From contig JAKMXF010000321.1 in the NCBI GenBank assembly GCA_024704765.1, positions 186,001 through 250,000 on the forward strand: a DNA stretch of 64,000 nt, in the 5' to 3' direction. Positions 45,720 to 58,174 of this stretch are shown here, piece after piece. This DNA comes from Oopsacas minuta. Lineage: Eukaryota > Animalia > Porifera. Under the pieces are notes generated by a model that searched no databases, was not told the DNA's origin, and saw only the letters and a list, made by a program, of their open reading frames with translations. The translations under genes were made by a program, and so were the position numbers. Each line of letters starts with the position of its first letter. Position 1 is the first letter of the stretch.

Positions 45720-48694
45720 TGAAGTGGCCAGTATTTATAGTTCCAATTTAAATTATCTCATTTTTTACTTTAAGCATTTTATTAGGGAAAATACCAAAAC
45801 AAATATATTTTAAGCAGAGCCTCTGACTGGTAGAGGTAAATAGTATTTAATTATAGCGGTAGACGTGTCGCGCTACCTCACCTCTAGTGCTGCCTACGCC
45901 CTTGCTTCCTACTATACGCGTGAAAACACCTTGCCCAATGTCCTACCCCCCTGGCAACTTCTTTGACCCCATTAGGTAAAATATCCTAGCGACGTCCCTG
46001 TATTCCACACGTGTACCTAGAATTGAGTATCCAAAGCACCACAATCATATGATTATAATATTGTAATCAAATATTTAACGTTACTCTGTGGACAATAAAA
46101 ATTCAGTAGACATCTGCAAATTATAATTTCCATATTTTTAGTGATTCTATGACAATGAAAGCTTTATTTATTCAACATTTACTATGATTATTGTGAATTT
46201 CCATTTATGGAAAATGCTTAATTTTAAGAAATTGATATCAATTTATGTACTCATGAGACAATTTATATTAATTAGTTTCAGTTTCGGTGCCAGCTATGAA
46301 TTGAGGGAGGTATTTGAGGTAAGATTATGTGAATTAATTATGCAAAACAGGCTCGTAGACAATTTTCAAGAGTGCAGGAGGAGCTTATAACATCAAATGG
46401 GAGATTATTTGTTATTCAAATACAGGAGAAGTTAATGGTAACAAAACTGTGGGTGCTTAAGCCTCCAAGCTCTCTCTCCCCTGTCTACCTACGGCTTGCA
46501 TAAAGACTGAATGTTTTTATTTGCACGCTATCATTTAATTCCGAGTAATATGTTGTGTCAGTATAATTGAGTAAGAACATTTGGGTTATGTCCTGCTGTT
46601 CAGAAATGTCCTACAAGTATTCAAATGTTCGAATTTGTCCTTCTCCTATATTGGGCTTTATCCTACAAATTTGCTGCTCCAGTGTCTTTTAGGTTGTCTG
46701 AAGCATATTTTTTCCTTAAGACATATCCCAAACAGATTGTTTACAGCATCACAGGACAAAGTTCTCCTACAAACCCATATTGCCTCTCATGATATTGGAT
46801 ATTTGGCCATTATTCTGACGTTGTTTGTCCGTAATTGATTGAGGAACTGGTAACAGTTACGATCTTGAAATTTGGCTCATGTGTGGAATGTGATTCACCT
46901 AGGGAGAATTTCTAATATCTAAGAGATATCTCCACAGCTCTCTGGGATAGGTGACAAATATCTCAACCCAATCAGATTTGAGGGTTCACTCAAATTAATT
47001 GTGCCTTGCTTTAAGGAAGTTGGATGGAATTTCTAACTAATTATTGGAATTAATCTCTACTTGTGTCTTCTTTGAAATTGCTTATCAGAAGTTTGACTAA
47101 ATTAGTTTTGCAGTTAATAAGATTTATGGTATTTGATTTATCAAATATTCTGGTTATGTTCCTTTTCGAAAATTTGAGTCGGAAGGTGGAGCGTGCATTT
47201 TATTATCGCACAATACAGTCAGGATCGCTTATTTGAATTTTATTGTGAATAATACCAGCGACAATAAAATAATTTCCATAGCCGTAAGCGGGCTCACACA
47301 TATATTTTGTATTAGCTCCATAGGGGCAAGAACCAAGCGATGGGGCTCAAGCCCTGCCCCCGGGTTCTGTCCCTATGTCGCGACTCTTGTGGAATTGTCC
47401 CGCGCGATGTTACTCTGTTAAAGTGTCAATTACCGGATCGGCTTTGGGAGATTATTTTAACTTATAAAAAACAACTAACAACCATTGCCTTCCAGAAACA
47501 GTTAAATGAATCCAAAACTATACAAAAGGAATCTAACTCTATTGAATTCTACGCATTCATTTTTGTCGATCTTCCCAATGAACAACATTATAAGCCAGAG
47601 CTATTGGCTTCTGATTTGTATTAGAAACCAATCAGCTGATTACTTGTATAACAGGATTAATCAGCTGGTGAATTCGTGAAATTTCGTAGCCTTAATTTTT
47701 CAATTTTCAAAGAAATATTTTCCGAGAAAATTTATGTTTTCAGAAACTTATTTAATTTGTATTGAATTTCTGTCTTTGTTTTTTCTAATTGAATAATGGC
47801 AGCCTTGGACAAGTTTCCCAATGCATAAACAACTACATCTAAATAACAAACAAACAAGCAAACAAATACGATTATTACCTCCCAAACAAATATATTTTGA
47901 GCAGAGCCTCTGAGGCCCTGGCCTTATTGGTCAGGGAATGTTTGAGATGTCTGGATTTCTTTTAGGAATGGACCAATAAGATTTTAACCTCGATGAACAT
48001 ATGCATATTGAAGGGTGGTTCAAATGGATGTACCGTATTGAGGGAAATACAGAAACATCTGCGGCTCTATAAATTCAAACTTAAGAATTGGCTGTGCATA
48101 GGGTCCCAATGTGTCCAACTTATGAGTATTGGTTTTTATGAAATATTCATACAACAAACTCTTTCAAAATGATCCGCCTGTTCAATAAAAATGATGAAAT
48201 TACATAATAGGACAATCCAAATTATAGTTTCAGTTTTGAGCGTACCAGGCGGTGCTATAGTTCCAGTTCTATTCTCTGAATTGGTAGGATCTGGAAAATA
48301 ATTCCGTAGCTGATATTTTTTGGAAAATATCTTAAATAATTTAATCAACACCAAAACTGGATTTTGCTGAATGGCTCTTTATGCTTTTTCTAAATACGTA
48401 TTCGTTTAATTACCAAATATCTTGTGTTGTATTACTAATTCAATTTCTTGTTTCTGTAATTCTAAAGTCTATGGCTCCGAATTGGCCGTAAGGAGTATGA
48501 CCGTTGTGATTTGGGAATAATCTATGCTGACAGAAAATTGGGAATACTTCTTACAATCAAGTGATAATCTTTGTCTTAGATATTCAATATTTCCAATTTT
48601 CAAAGTAAACACATTAACCATTGAATATATGACTTATGGTGTATTAGTGAGATATTTATCCATCTATTTGGATATTTGATTTTTGATCTTCCCA

Positions 48695-48843
48695 CAGTAA
48701 AGTCTCGTTAATACGAACACGGTTAAGGAGTACACATCTGTTCATTTTATCAGTCCCCTTCGATGCCATCCAATGTTTGGATAATACTTTAAGGTGTACA
48801 ATTTTGGTGGTCCCCTCGTGTACCTATTAACGAAAGTCTACTT
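48695..48843. mobile_element. Tigger-like MITE
   Basis: CAGTAAAGTCTCGTTAATACGAACAC…GTGTACCTATTAACGAAAGTCTAC. Confidence 0.55.
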
Positions 48844-49648
48844 TAATTGGAAAGTGTATTTTTAGCGGTCATATCTACGTATATGCACACTATTGATAAT
48901 GATTAATTGGACACGTTTTTTCAGGACATATTGTCTTATTTATCGATGGAATTACGTAGTTGCTGATCCTCCCAGGATTCCTGGATTATCTAAGGAAATA
49001 TTCCAAATAATTACTGAATTGCTACAGTAAAACCTCCCAAAGGTGAACACGCCTTTTCTCAGTCCCAAATGTTTTCAATTGCTATACACAATCTCATAAA
49101 AAGTAAACACCTCTCATTTGTGAACATTTAAGTCCCCAACGAAGAATATTTATTTGTTACTCAAAAGTATGTATTTTCAAACGAGGATTTGATTCTGGTT
49201 TGAGAATTCCAACACATTTCGATCCTTAATACTCACTTTTTGTAATTTTACAAAAAGTATACATAGAAACTTAAAATATTAGAATTTTCAATAATTACGA
49301 TTATTTAAGTCTTGTAATTATACCCAAATTTTAATAAATTCAAAATCACCATCCTCAGGGTGTCACTTACTGAAGGTTTTTCATGTAGAATTAAATATAA
49401 TTCTTGGAATTATTATTTTGAGTTGTTAAGTATGAAATATTGTCTCCCAATTCGTTGGCACTTACCATCAAGACTGTCCAATCCTAGGGGCACTATTCAT
49501 CGATTCTGTCCCCCCCCCTGTGGGTCCAATTGTATCAATATAAGCCAATTAATCTATAAACAATAATATTATTCCATTCATGAATGAGATATGAATAATA
49601 AAGGGAGAATACACACACGACTAATAGTTTAATTACAAATACACACAA

Positions 49649-51611
49649 TTACTTCTTGAAAGAGTCAAGGAACTTTTTCACGATTTTCTGTACTTGTTTG
49701 ACTTCCAAGCTTGGTTCGATTTCGGAGGAGGAGATCGTTGATCCGCTGCATACGTTAAGCATCTGACAGACTTGGCTCGGGTCTAAGATATTCGATAACT
49801 TAGACTGAATATTCATTATTGTTTGCTGTATTTTGTAACAGAAATCATACCCGAACATTCCACATAGTTGGTTAATAATATAGTTACCAGTTGAGAGTGT
49901 TAAGTTTATGACTTTTAGTTGCATTTCAGCTACTGAAATAGCGATTTTACATACAGAGCATGCGTTAATGTTGTTGTTATTGTTGTTATTGTTGTTGTCA
50001 CCCTGGATTAAGGCGTCATTTTCTGCTACTGCCAAGCTGGCGGTCATAATTTGGTTAATTTCCATCTTGAAATTTTCCAGCGTAACATAGTCATCATTAC
50101 AGAGTTTGAAATCTGTGCACAGCTCTTCGCCATCCAATGTTTCGATGAATGATTTTACCATTGTGACGTATTCTACAGCCAGTGTAGCACACTCCTTCTC
50201 CTCTTTCGAATCCATAGTTTCACAGGCCTGTTCCATCAATTTCTCCAACTCCTCACTGCTCAACTGTAAACAAAAACAACAATATAAACAACAAACCGCA
50301 ACACGCCGTTTCAACAAAACATCCCATTTTAAAATGTATCATGAAGTATTTATATTACAAATGAGTAAACAATAACAAAAAGTGTTAATTCAATTATTAT
50401 ATATAGCCATAACTGTTGCCACCACCAAGTAAACTCGAGCTTTCACCTCCAAGGCATGAAAAGCAGGGAGGACATAAACATCCAAGTAAACATAAACAAG
50501 GAAGAGCGAGCAGTAACAAACAAAGTAAGCACAGCCCGACTAAGATCCCGATTAATGAAGCAGGACTGAAATTCAGGAAATCGAAAATGCTGTTATCGTT
50601 CAAATCGTCAGGCCAATCGTCATAGTCCCAATCCTCCCAATCATAATCGTCCTCCTTGCCCCCCTTGTTGTCGTCCCTGTTGTCGTTATTGTCATCTTTA
50701 GCTGAGATGCGGGAAAAGGCGATTAGTAAAATTAAGATCACCCCGGCTAATAATCGGTAATTTCTTTTGAAGCTCATTTGCTAATTTTGCTTGTTAATGT
50801 CTATAATTTCCTTTTCATATAATTATTAATATAGTCACACTAATAACCTACCACCTGTCATATTGGAAAAAAAATTATTTTTCAAGAAAAATTTTGGTGA
50901 ATCTCAATTTTGCCAAAGACATACTTACCAACCCCATTTGCAAATTTTCCTGTATATGAGTTAGAAATCTAGCATTCTTGGCTAATCCATGGTTCCAGGG
51001 AGGGTTGGCAAGTAAGCAAATAATCACCAAATAAGGTGTTAGTGCCCTTTCAACACAGACACAACCATGGATAACATCCAATTTAACCCTACCTCTGCAA
51101 CTGCTGATTTGATTTCGGATATGATATACTGACAGCCTGTGCATTGAATTCCATTCACCAATCTTTGATACTCAGTTGCTTCGATGTACATTTTAGTGGC
51201 TGAGCATAGCTCAAACATCGTGCAAGCGCTTTGCGCGTCTTCGGCATTCACAAAGTCCTCGATTCGACTGTAGATCTTTGCGACACTTTTGAGACACATT
51301 TCGTTTCCGTTGTTGCATATGGTTCGGTCCAACACGCTTAAGATGTCCATGTCCCCTCCGTCGTCATAGAACATATGGAGTTGATTGTAGATGGTGTAAC
51401 ACATACCACATGAAGTCTGCTTGACCTCATCACCCCCAACAACCTCTGAAATGCTTTTCCAAACATTTTTTGCACAATATTCGGTCATGCCACATTTGTC
51501 AGCATTTTCAGCGCTTTGACACCAAAATGATGAGCCATGAAGACAACCGATTGTGCCACCTTGTACTGCCACTAATGACAGGGCCACTAATGCCAAACTC
51601 AACACGCACAT
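49649..51611 (-). CDS. PSAP-like: Prosaposin-like protein (signal peptide, SapA, 3 SapB), ~377 aa; exons 51611-51093, 50263-49649
   Basis: SapA GC.HGSSFWCQS…KCG…YC…VW. The GT-AG phase-0 join reconstitutes the 6-Cys second SapB; short poly-Asn tract before SapB3. Confidence 0.85.
50397..50777 (-). CDS. 126-aa putative type-I membrane protein (signal peptide, D/W-rich acidic ectodomain, TM helix, Cys-rich juxtamembrane tail), nested in the prosaposin intron
   Basis: Coherent signal-peptide/ectodomain/TM/Cys-tail architecture; coding-like composition contrasts with the AT-rich flanks. Confidence 0.7.
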   Translation of the reverse strand: MSFKRNYRLLAGVILILLIAFSRISAKDDNNDNRDDNKGGKEDDYDWEDWDYDDWPDDLNDNSIFDFLNFSPASLIGILVGLCLLCLLLLALPCLCLLGCLCPPCFSCLGGESSSLLGGGNSYGYI

Positions 51612-52385
51612 ATTTGTTGTTTTGTTGTTATTTATGGATGGGAAATGATTGGAAATTTACTTGCTTGTTTAAATAGTACTGTTATCTATCAGCATACAGT
51701 CAATATTGAATCCATAGCTTTTCTATCCAGATGGTTTGAACGAATGAAGCCACTTTGAATGCGACACAATGCGCCATTATCTGCCACCTGACTCATATTA
51801 TTATATAAACAACTTTATTATAGTTATATGCTACGAAACCATTATCGAATGAATCCATTTTTAGTCTCACAATTGACTGCTGCCACTTTTAATATCAAGA
51901 ATATTCTGTTTTATTTTTATTTGTATAGTAAGACACCATCTGTCAACAATTATGGCATATGTGTCTTCACACTTCGATGCTAAAATAACTTGCTAAACCT
52001 TAGTTAATCGATTTGGGCGGGGAATTTGCATTTAGGCGGGCATTTACAATTTCTAGGCCCCATAATTCAATTAGCAAATGTAGAGTGAAAACTTAGGCGT
52101 GTAAATGCGGGCTTATCATACATTTTGGCGGGGAAAGATATTTTTCGAAATTTAGCGCATAAACTATAAATATAACTCCATCTAATAATATAATCCATTT
52201 TGCAATTAATGAAATTATTTATAAAAACAAACAAACAAATAAACAAACATAAATTCCCATATAAGGAATGCTAAGCTTAGCAACTAATAAGGCAACATGG
52301 AATGCAACAAACAACAAAATAGCGATTATAGAAGCAAGCAAATGCATTATAGAATTCAGCAAGGAAATTATTCTTCGATCAGTTA

Positions 52386-52811
52386 TTACTTATCTACGGA
52401 TAATCCAATTACACTACCCAGACTACAAATTACGTCATCCAATTCGACTTTAGATACTTGAGGTGTTGCTACATTCATGTTTTCATTTTCTAAATAATTC
52501 TTTATTAAATAAATTTCCTTTTCTTTCTGTAATTCGTCAATTTCAATCAATAAATCCAATTTCTGTTTTATCAAATTGTCAACACTACATTCCAGAGCCA
52601 TCATCTCGTTGCTTTGAGAGACTTTTGAACGTTCTCGTTTCCTAAACTTGAGAACACGCAATTTCTCATTTTCACTCATTTTTTTGAAATTCAGCTTGTT
52701 TTGCAGTTCTCGACTGTTTAAGAATAAAACATCATTCTCTTTCAATTTGTATTTTTCTAGAATTCTTATATCTCGGAATTTCACATCCTTTACATGCCAC
52801 CTCTTCTCCAT
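52386..52811 (-). CDS. Small CNC/Maf-like bZIP, shortened basic region (type 1, copy a)
   Basis: LKENDVLFLNSRELQNKL…MSENEKLRVLKFRKRERSK plus zipper LECSVDNLIKQKLDLLIEIDEL; TATAAATA at 52872-52879. Confidence 0.75.
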   Translation of the reverse strand: MEKRWHVKDVKFRDIRILEKYKLKENDVLFLNSRELQNKLNFKKMSENEKLRVLKFRKRERSKVSQSNEMMALECSVDNLIKQKLDLLIEIDELQKEKEIYLIKNYLENENMNVATPQVSKVELDDVICSLGSVIGLSVDK

Positions 52812-53808
52812 TTATTATTTGTTATTATTTACTATAATTGGGCATTTTTAGACCAATTATCTCTTTAACTATATTTATATAATTTCTCATATCTCTTACT
52901 GTACATAAATGTAAGAAATGGAATTCTTACATTTGTTATGAGTGCTAAGTTAATTATCAACAGATCATGTGAAGTCATAAATTGTTTCTCATTAAACGTC
53001 AGGAAAGATTTTATTCATATTTTTCCAAACTTATCCATAATTCTTTCGTCACATATTGTGCAATCCAAAATTACTATTTGTATTGTTGAATAATTCAATA
53101 TTTTTATTCCAATAGAGAATGTGATGAGATAATCAGAAGGTTTTAAAATATTTTCAAGACTTTCGGCTGGAATTGTACTTCAATCCGAAACATCGATCAG
53201 CCTCTGGCCTGAGAATCCTACCCCCAATTATGTCAGATACTGGTACCCTCCTGGCTTAGATATACATCTGCTAATTAATTCAAAAAGTGTGAGTAACTTT
53301 GTCTTTGACTTAGATATCGCAGTAATGCTGCGTAAAAAGCGTAATTTAATGCCTAAAATAAATAATCAATAGAATACATGTGACGTTAAAAATATATTTT
53401 TCCAACTTCAAAATAACCATACGCTTTTGTCTCGGATGGTTCATATAAGTCATGGCTCACACAATTATCTTAAATATCAATTTCCTTATATCGGACGCCA
53501 GAAAATCTGTGCTATACTCAAGGGTCATTTTCAATTTTGCTGATGTAAGTAAACTTTTGTAATGCAATAAGGCATGACCGTCTAAACATGGACACACATG
53601 GTTAATCCATAAAATATGCTTAGAATTGTAATTTGATTATTTTTGCTTCTAGACTATGTAGCGTGGTATATGGGTATTGGTCTTCAGCCTTCTTCTTCAG
53701 CGTGGAGTCAATTAGAGCCTTTTTGGGAGTACACCCTGGAACTCGAGTGCCCACCCAGATTTGAATCCACCATGATACAAAAATCTTAAATCATAGTCTT
53801 GTTGGCTT

Positions 53809-54274
53809 AAAATTGAATTTTACTAATCTTGTTATACATGTAAAAATGTAAAAATGTAATTCTACGTCCCTGTTTACTCCTATTTAACAAGTGGAAGCTA
53901 ATCTCTAGGATAATTTTGAAATGTTAACTAAAAGGTGTCAAAATATGATTAATCATATGATAAATCAGTGTGTATATATTTAATATAATGTATTGACCAA
54001 TAGAATTACAGTCTACATCAATACAAATACATTACAATGCTAATTACATTACTAACACTCCACCAGAACTAATTTTATGCATTAATGGCTAATTGTAAGA
54101 CCCTACAATCTGATTTGGCTAAAATACAGAAGTGTCAAAAGGTGTGAAAATATACACATTAGAAATTTTTCAAATGTCAGGTGTACAACTAGATGTCACT
54201 ACGAGTATATATGCCAATTTTGTGTCTTAATCTCTAAAGGTGTGAACAGCAGAGCAAAAACATTTTAGAACTGA
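53809..54274 (-). mobile_element. ~600-bp repeat, copy B (centre of the pair-1 spacer)
   Basis: Reverse complement of 1845-2350. Confidence 0.85.
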
Positions 54275-54303
54275 TTTTCACTATGCTATGTAATATGTGA
54301 GCA

Positions 54304-54311
54304 TGACGTCA
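54304..54311. promoter_or_regulatory. Palindromic CRE (TGACGTCA, within ATGACGTCAT) in the shared upstream region of pair 1
   Basis: Exact ATF/CREB consensus; function not shown. Confidence 0.35.
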
Positions 54312-55090
54312 TCTTTCCATCCTGACCTATGAGCATAGTTGGCCTTTGTATCAGCTGATTTCATTGCATGAAAAGGTGTCCCGCTCACGTTTGCTAATTT
54401 GAATAGTCAGTACTGGCCACCACTATTAGAAGCAGTTTATTGAAACTTTAATACGAATCAGAATTAATGCCATATAAAGTCTATGTTTCATATATTATAA
54501 CTTCCAGTAATAGAGTATGTCTAAAAGCATTACAATGCATAGGATAGAGCATTTTATCTATTTTCTCAGTGATTAGCTAAGATTACGCTTAGGAATGTGA
54601 ACTAACTCTAATTTGTAGCATGTTACCATAGCAAATTTCAAGATTGTAGCTCTTACCAGTTTTTCAATAAATGTGGACACAAAGCTCAAATTTGCACAGT
54701 TGGCAAAATGTTATATAATACACACATGACGTATTGCCATGTCTAACTACCATATGTAACCTGATCGTAACAATATTAAATGACATTATATTTATAGAAT
54801 CGCATAAACTGCAACTATACTTTGATATTGATATATTTGTTAGGAAAATCTTACAGAAATGTAGTATGTACACTGTCTGTAGTACATACAATTCTAATTA
54901 TTAGCTGATGGGAAGTTGCTTGTTTTGTATGTGTTTTAGTTCTTTGTGTTGTTAATACAAAAAGGACTGATGTGAAAGTATGCAAAATTAATAAATGCGT
55001 ATTTTCTTATGGTAAGAAATGTTAAAAAAAATATATATATGATGGGAAGGAAAGATGAGTAAATTAGTAGTAAATAATAACAAATAATAA

Positions 55091-55516
55091 ATGGAGAAGA
55101 GGTGGCATGTAAAGGATGTGAAATTCCGAGATATAAGAATTCTAGAAAAATACAAATTGAAAGAGAATGATGTTTTATTCTTAAACAGTCGAGAACTGCA
55201 AAACAAGCTGAATTTCAAAAAAATGAGTGAAAATGAGAAATTGCGTGTTCTCAAGTTTAGGAAACGAGAACGTTCAAAAGTCTCTCAAAGCAACGAGATG
55301 ATGGCTCTGGAATGTAGTGTTGACAATTTGATAAAACAGAAATTGGATTTATTGATTGAAATTGACGAATTACAGAAAGAAAAGGAAATTTATTTAATAA
55401 AGAATTATTTAGAAAATGAAAACATGAATGTAGCAACACCTCAAGTATCTAAAGTCGAATTGGATGACGTAATTTGTAGTCTGGGTAGTGTAATTGGATT
55501 ATCCGTAGATAAGTAA
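55091..55516 (+). CDS. Small CNC/Maf-like bZIP (type 1, copy b; identical to 52386-52811)
   Basis: Identical 141-aa product. Confidence 0.75.
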   Translation: MEKRWHVKDVKFRDIRILEKYKLKENDVLFLNSRELQNKLNFKKMSENEKLRVLKFRKRERSKVSQSNEMMALECSVDNLIKQKLDLLIEIDELQKEKEIYLIKNYLENENMNVATPQVSKVELDDVICSLGSVIGLSVDK

Positions 55517-55728
55517 TAACTGATCGAAGAATAATTTCCTTGCTGAATTCTATAATGCATTTGCTTGCTTCTATAATCGCTATTTTGTTGTTTGTTGTTG
55601 TTCTATGTGCTGAATTCTTTCGTATATTCTATATATTTGTCGCTTTATTATTTTGTATGCAAATTTCTCGCTAAAAATGAATTAAACTTTTGAAAATATT
55701 TTGAAACCAGAAATCTTATTAGCCAATA

Positions 55729-55976
55729 CACTGCCTGACCAAAAGTATTGGAACACCCTGCCATAAGTAATACCTGAAACAAAGGGTATGCTTACCATAG
55801 TTGTATAAGCTAAAGATGATTTTTTTAATTTTGAACATAAATATATCGTAAAACGAATGGTAACAAGCTATTGTTCTACTTTCTGCAATATCCATAGAAT
55901 CTTTAAACCTATTCTCATCTAATGCCATTTGTGCACAAGTTGTAAACAGTGTTCCAATACTTTTGGCCAGGCAGTG
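55729..55976. mobile_element. Tc1-type MITE, 248 bp
   Basis: TA-CACTGCCTGACCAAAAGTATTGGAACAC…GTGTTCCAATACTTTTGGCCAGGCAGTG-TA (28-bp TIR, one mismatch). Confidence 0.85.
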
Positions 55977-56783
55977 TACCTAGAATGTGAAATATATGGA
56001 ACATTTCAAGGATTTTCTGAGCGGTCCACTATTCCATCATCCTATTTTGTCACATGCACAGGCCCACAGGGCATTTGCCTGGTGTCCCGGTGGCACAATA
56101 CGCCACTTCAGTATGGAGTTAGATGAGATTTGTGAGGGGCGCTATCCATTGACACAAAGTGTTCGCAAGCCGTGCGGTGCAAATTTGTGAAACATGCTTG
56201 TATATACGAAATTCAAATATAAAAGCATTTTGGAGACAAACTAATTGTGGAATTTTACAACGGATCTAATACAAAAGTATCCTCTCTCTCTTTACGCGGG
56301 TCTTTCAGCCCATTCAGCCCATTTTTATATGTGCCCTCCCAAATTGAAACCAGAAATGTCGCCTCAAATACTTAAGCAATGACAAATTATAATTGGAAAG
56401 TTTCAAAACAGATTTGATTATTTATACATAAGTTATTGCTTACTCGGGTAATGCAACGGTTTAATGATGACTATTATGGGATTATTTACCTAATTAATGG
56501 AGGTTAGATATTGATTATTATCTTAGAAACTGCTGGCAGAACAATTCACGCAGACAAAATATCAAAGTTGAAACCGATCAAACTGAATATCAGTATTCAT
56601 GAATAGCAACCTGACCAAATACTGATAAGGTTCGGTTTGGGCCAACCGAATACCGAATACTGATATCCGGTTGGTAACCGAATATTGAACTATTCGGTTG
56701 CAACCTTGCAAAATATAAATATTATGTTTACTCTCATTGCTTGAGATATTCTTTGCATTGAGAGGCCCTTTATTCCATCGATT

Positions 56784-56873
56784 AAAGTCACTCAAAGCAA
56801 CCTGATGCTGGCTTTGGAATGTAGTGTTGATAATTTGTTCATTGTAAGACAGAGCACTGTAGTTAATGAATAA
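56784..56873 (+). pseudogene. Relic of a type-1 bZIP gene (KVTQSNLMLALECSVDNL…*)
   Basis: Matches KVSQSNEMMALECSVDNL of 55091-55516 at DNA level; upstream homology and start codon are missing. Confidence 0.7.
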
Positions 56874-56980
56874 TATACAAATATGTATTTTGTGAATTTA
56901 ATATATTAGCAAGCTTACAATAATAATTAGCAGCGAAATGAAAATAAGTGACATTATTTGAAGATTAATTTCCAAAATTT

Positions 56981-57349
56981 TTAGTTGTTTTCCATTTGGA
57001 TACATTCTTTATGCATTTTCTCCCAATATTCACATTCTTGTGTCATTTTGTCACGTGTCAATAAAAGTTCATTTTTCTCCTCAAGGAGGTTACCAATTGC
57101 CTCCTCCAAGGTGTGAAACTGTCCTCTTGAGAACAACTTGTTCTTTTCACGTTTTCGTATATGTTTAACTCTCTGAACTTCTTTTGCGTTTAGCTGTTGT
57201 TTAGCGATTAATTCCCAAACAAGTTTGTAATCAGCAAATACCAAATCGTAGTATGAAATTCCGAGTATTTGTAAAAGAAAACAATCTTGAGTTGGTAATG
57301 GCCTTGGTTTCCATAGAGACGCGGTTGGAATGTTCTCAGCTGTTGACAT
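56981..57349 (-). CDS. Small CNC/Maf-like bZIP, shortened basic region (type 2, copy a)
   Basis: ISYYDLVFADYKLVWELIAKQQLNAKEVQRVKHIRKREKNK plus zipper; TATAAATA at 57409-57416. Confidence 0.75.
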   Translation of the reverse strand: MSTAENIPTASLWKPRPLPTQDCFLLQILGISYYDLVFADYKLVWELIAKQQLNAKEVQRVKHIRKREKNKLFSRGQFHTLEEAIGNLLEEKNELLLTRDKMTQECEYWEKMHKECIQMENN

Positions 57350-58143
57350 GTTTATTTATTTATTTATTTGTAATTTTATTTGTTGTTGTTTGTATTTACA
57401 ATTCTGAGTATTTATACACAACTTATCAAGTTTCATTATTCATATACACATGTAATTCTTGAATAGCAGACTAATAAGCAATAATGCTTTCAATATTAAG
57501 CTATACGAGTAGATATTGAAAATATACATAGAATTTCAATATCAGTTAGTAACAGACAAAAATTCTTGTTAGTTCTGTATATACTCATATGATATTGTTC
57601 AAATTATATACAATTTGTCGATGGCAAGAAAGTGAAATCGATAATATTTATTTTTTAGTGATAAAACAATGCAAATCGTAAGAGAATAGCGATTTGATTT
57701 GAAATCTTTTCAGAAAGCTTTCTGCTACTGTCCATTGAAGATCACTTAGGGTCCGCAGACTATAGCCCTACTCCACCCAGAAAATCTTACATTTTTCAAT
57801 CCAGGGAAGCCGTTTCCAAACTTTTTCTGGACCCCGATACCAATTTTAACACATTCTATGGACCCCTTGCTGTTGTCTGTTGACTCCCAAGGGACCCCAG
57901 GTTTGTAACCAATGCATAGACTCCAAACTATTACTCTCCATATTCTGGTCATCACACCGTTTTTAAGGTTTAATGCAAAATGTTAAATAATTCACATAGT
58001 TTACAAGTTATTGTTTCTAATGCTGCTGGTCACTTGGAGTGTATCCCAATGGCCTATTGGGTATGTAACTATATCTGATGCGACAGTCTGCTACAATTTT
58101 ATTTGTTCAAGGCACAAAAGCATATTTACTAACACTTTGTAAC

Positions 58144-58174
58144 CAGAGGTGTAGCTAGGGACGCTACGCCTCTG
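58144..58174. mobile_element. 31-bp hAT-type micro-element
   Basis: CAGAGGTGTAGC-TAGGGAC-GCTACGCCTCTG with an 8-bp TSD TTTGTAAC on both sides. Confidence 0.8.

Larger units (their letters stand above)
52305..55597. repeat. Inverted repeat pair 1: arms 52305-52834 and 55068-55597 (530 bp, no differences seen)
   Basis: Identical proteins and antisense ORFs in the track; UTR sequence compared by eye. Confidence 0.95.

Noticed and set aside
46560-47624. GC-richer region with short ORFs (46581-46838, 47340-47624)
   Set aside because: Multiple stops in all frames and no recognisable homology.
55929-56230. Short ORFs next to the Tc1 MITE, possible transposase fragment
   Set aside because: No DDE or HTH motifs seen.
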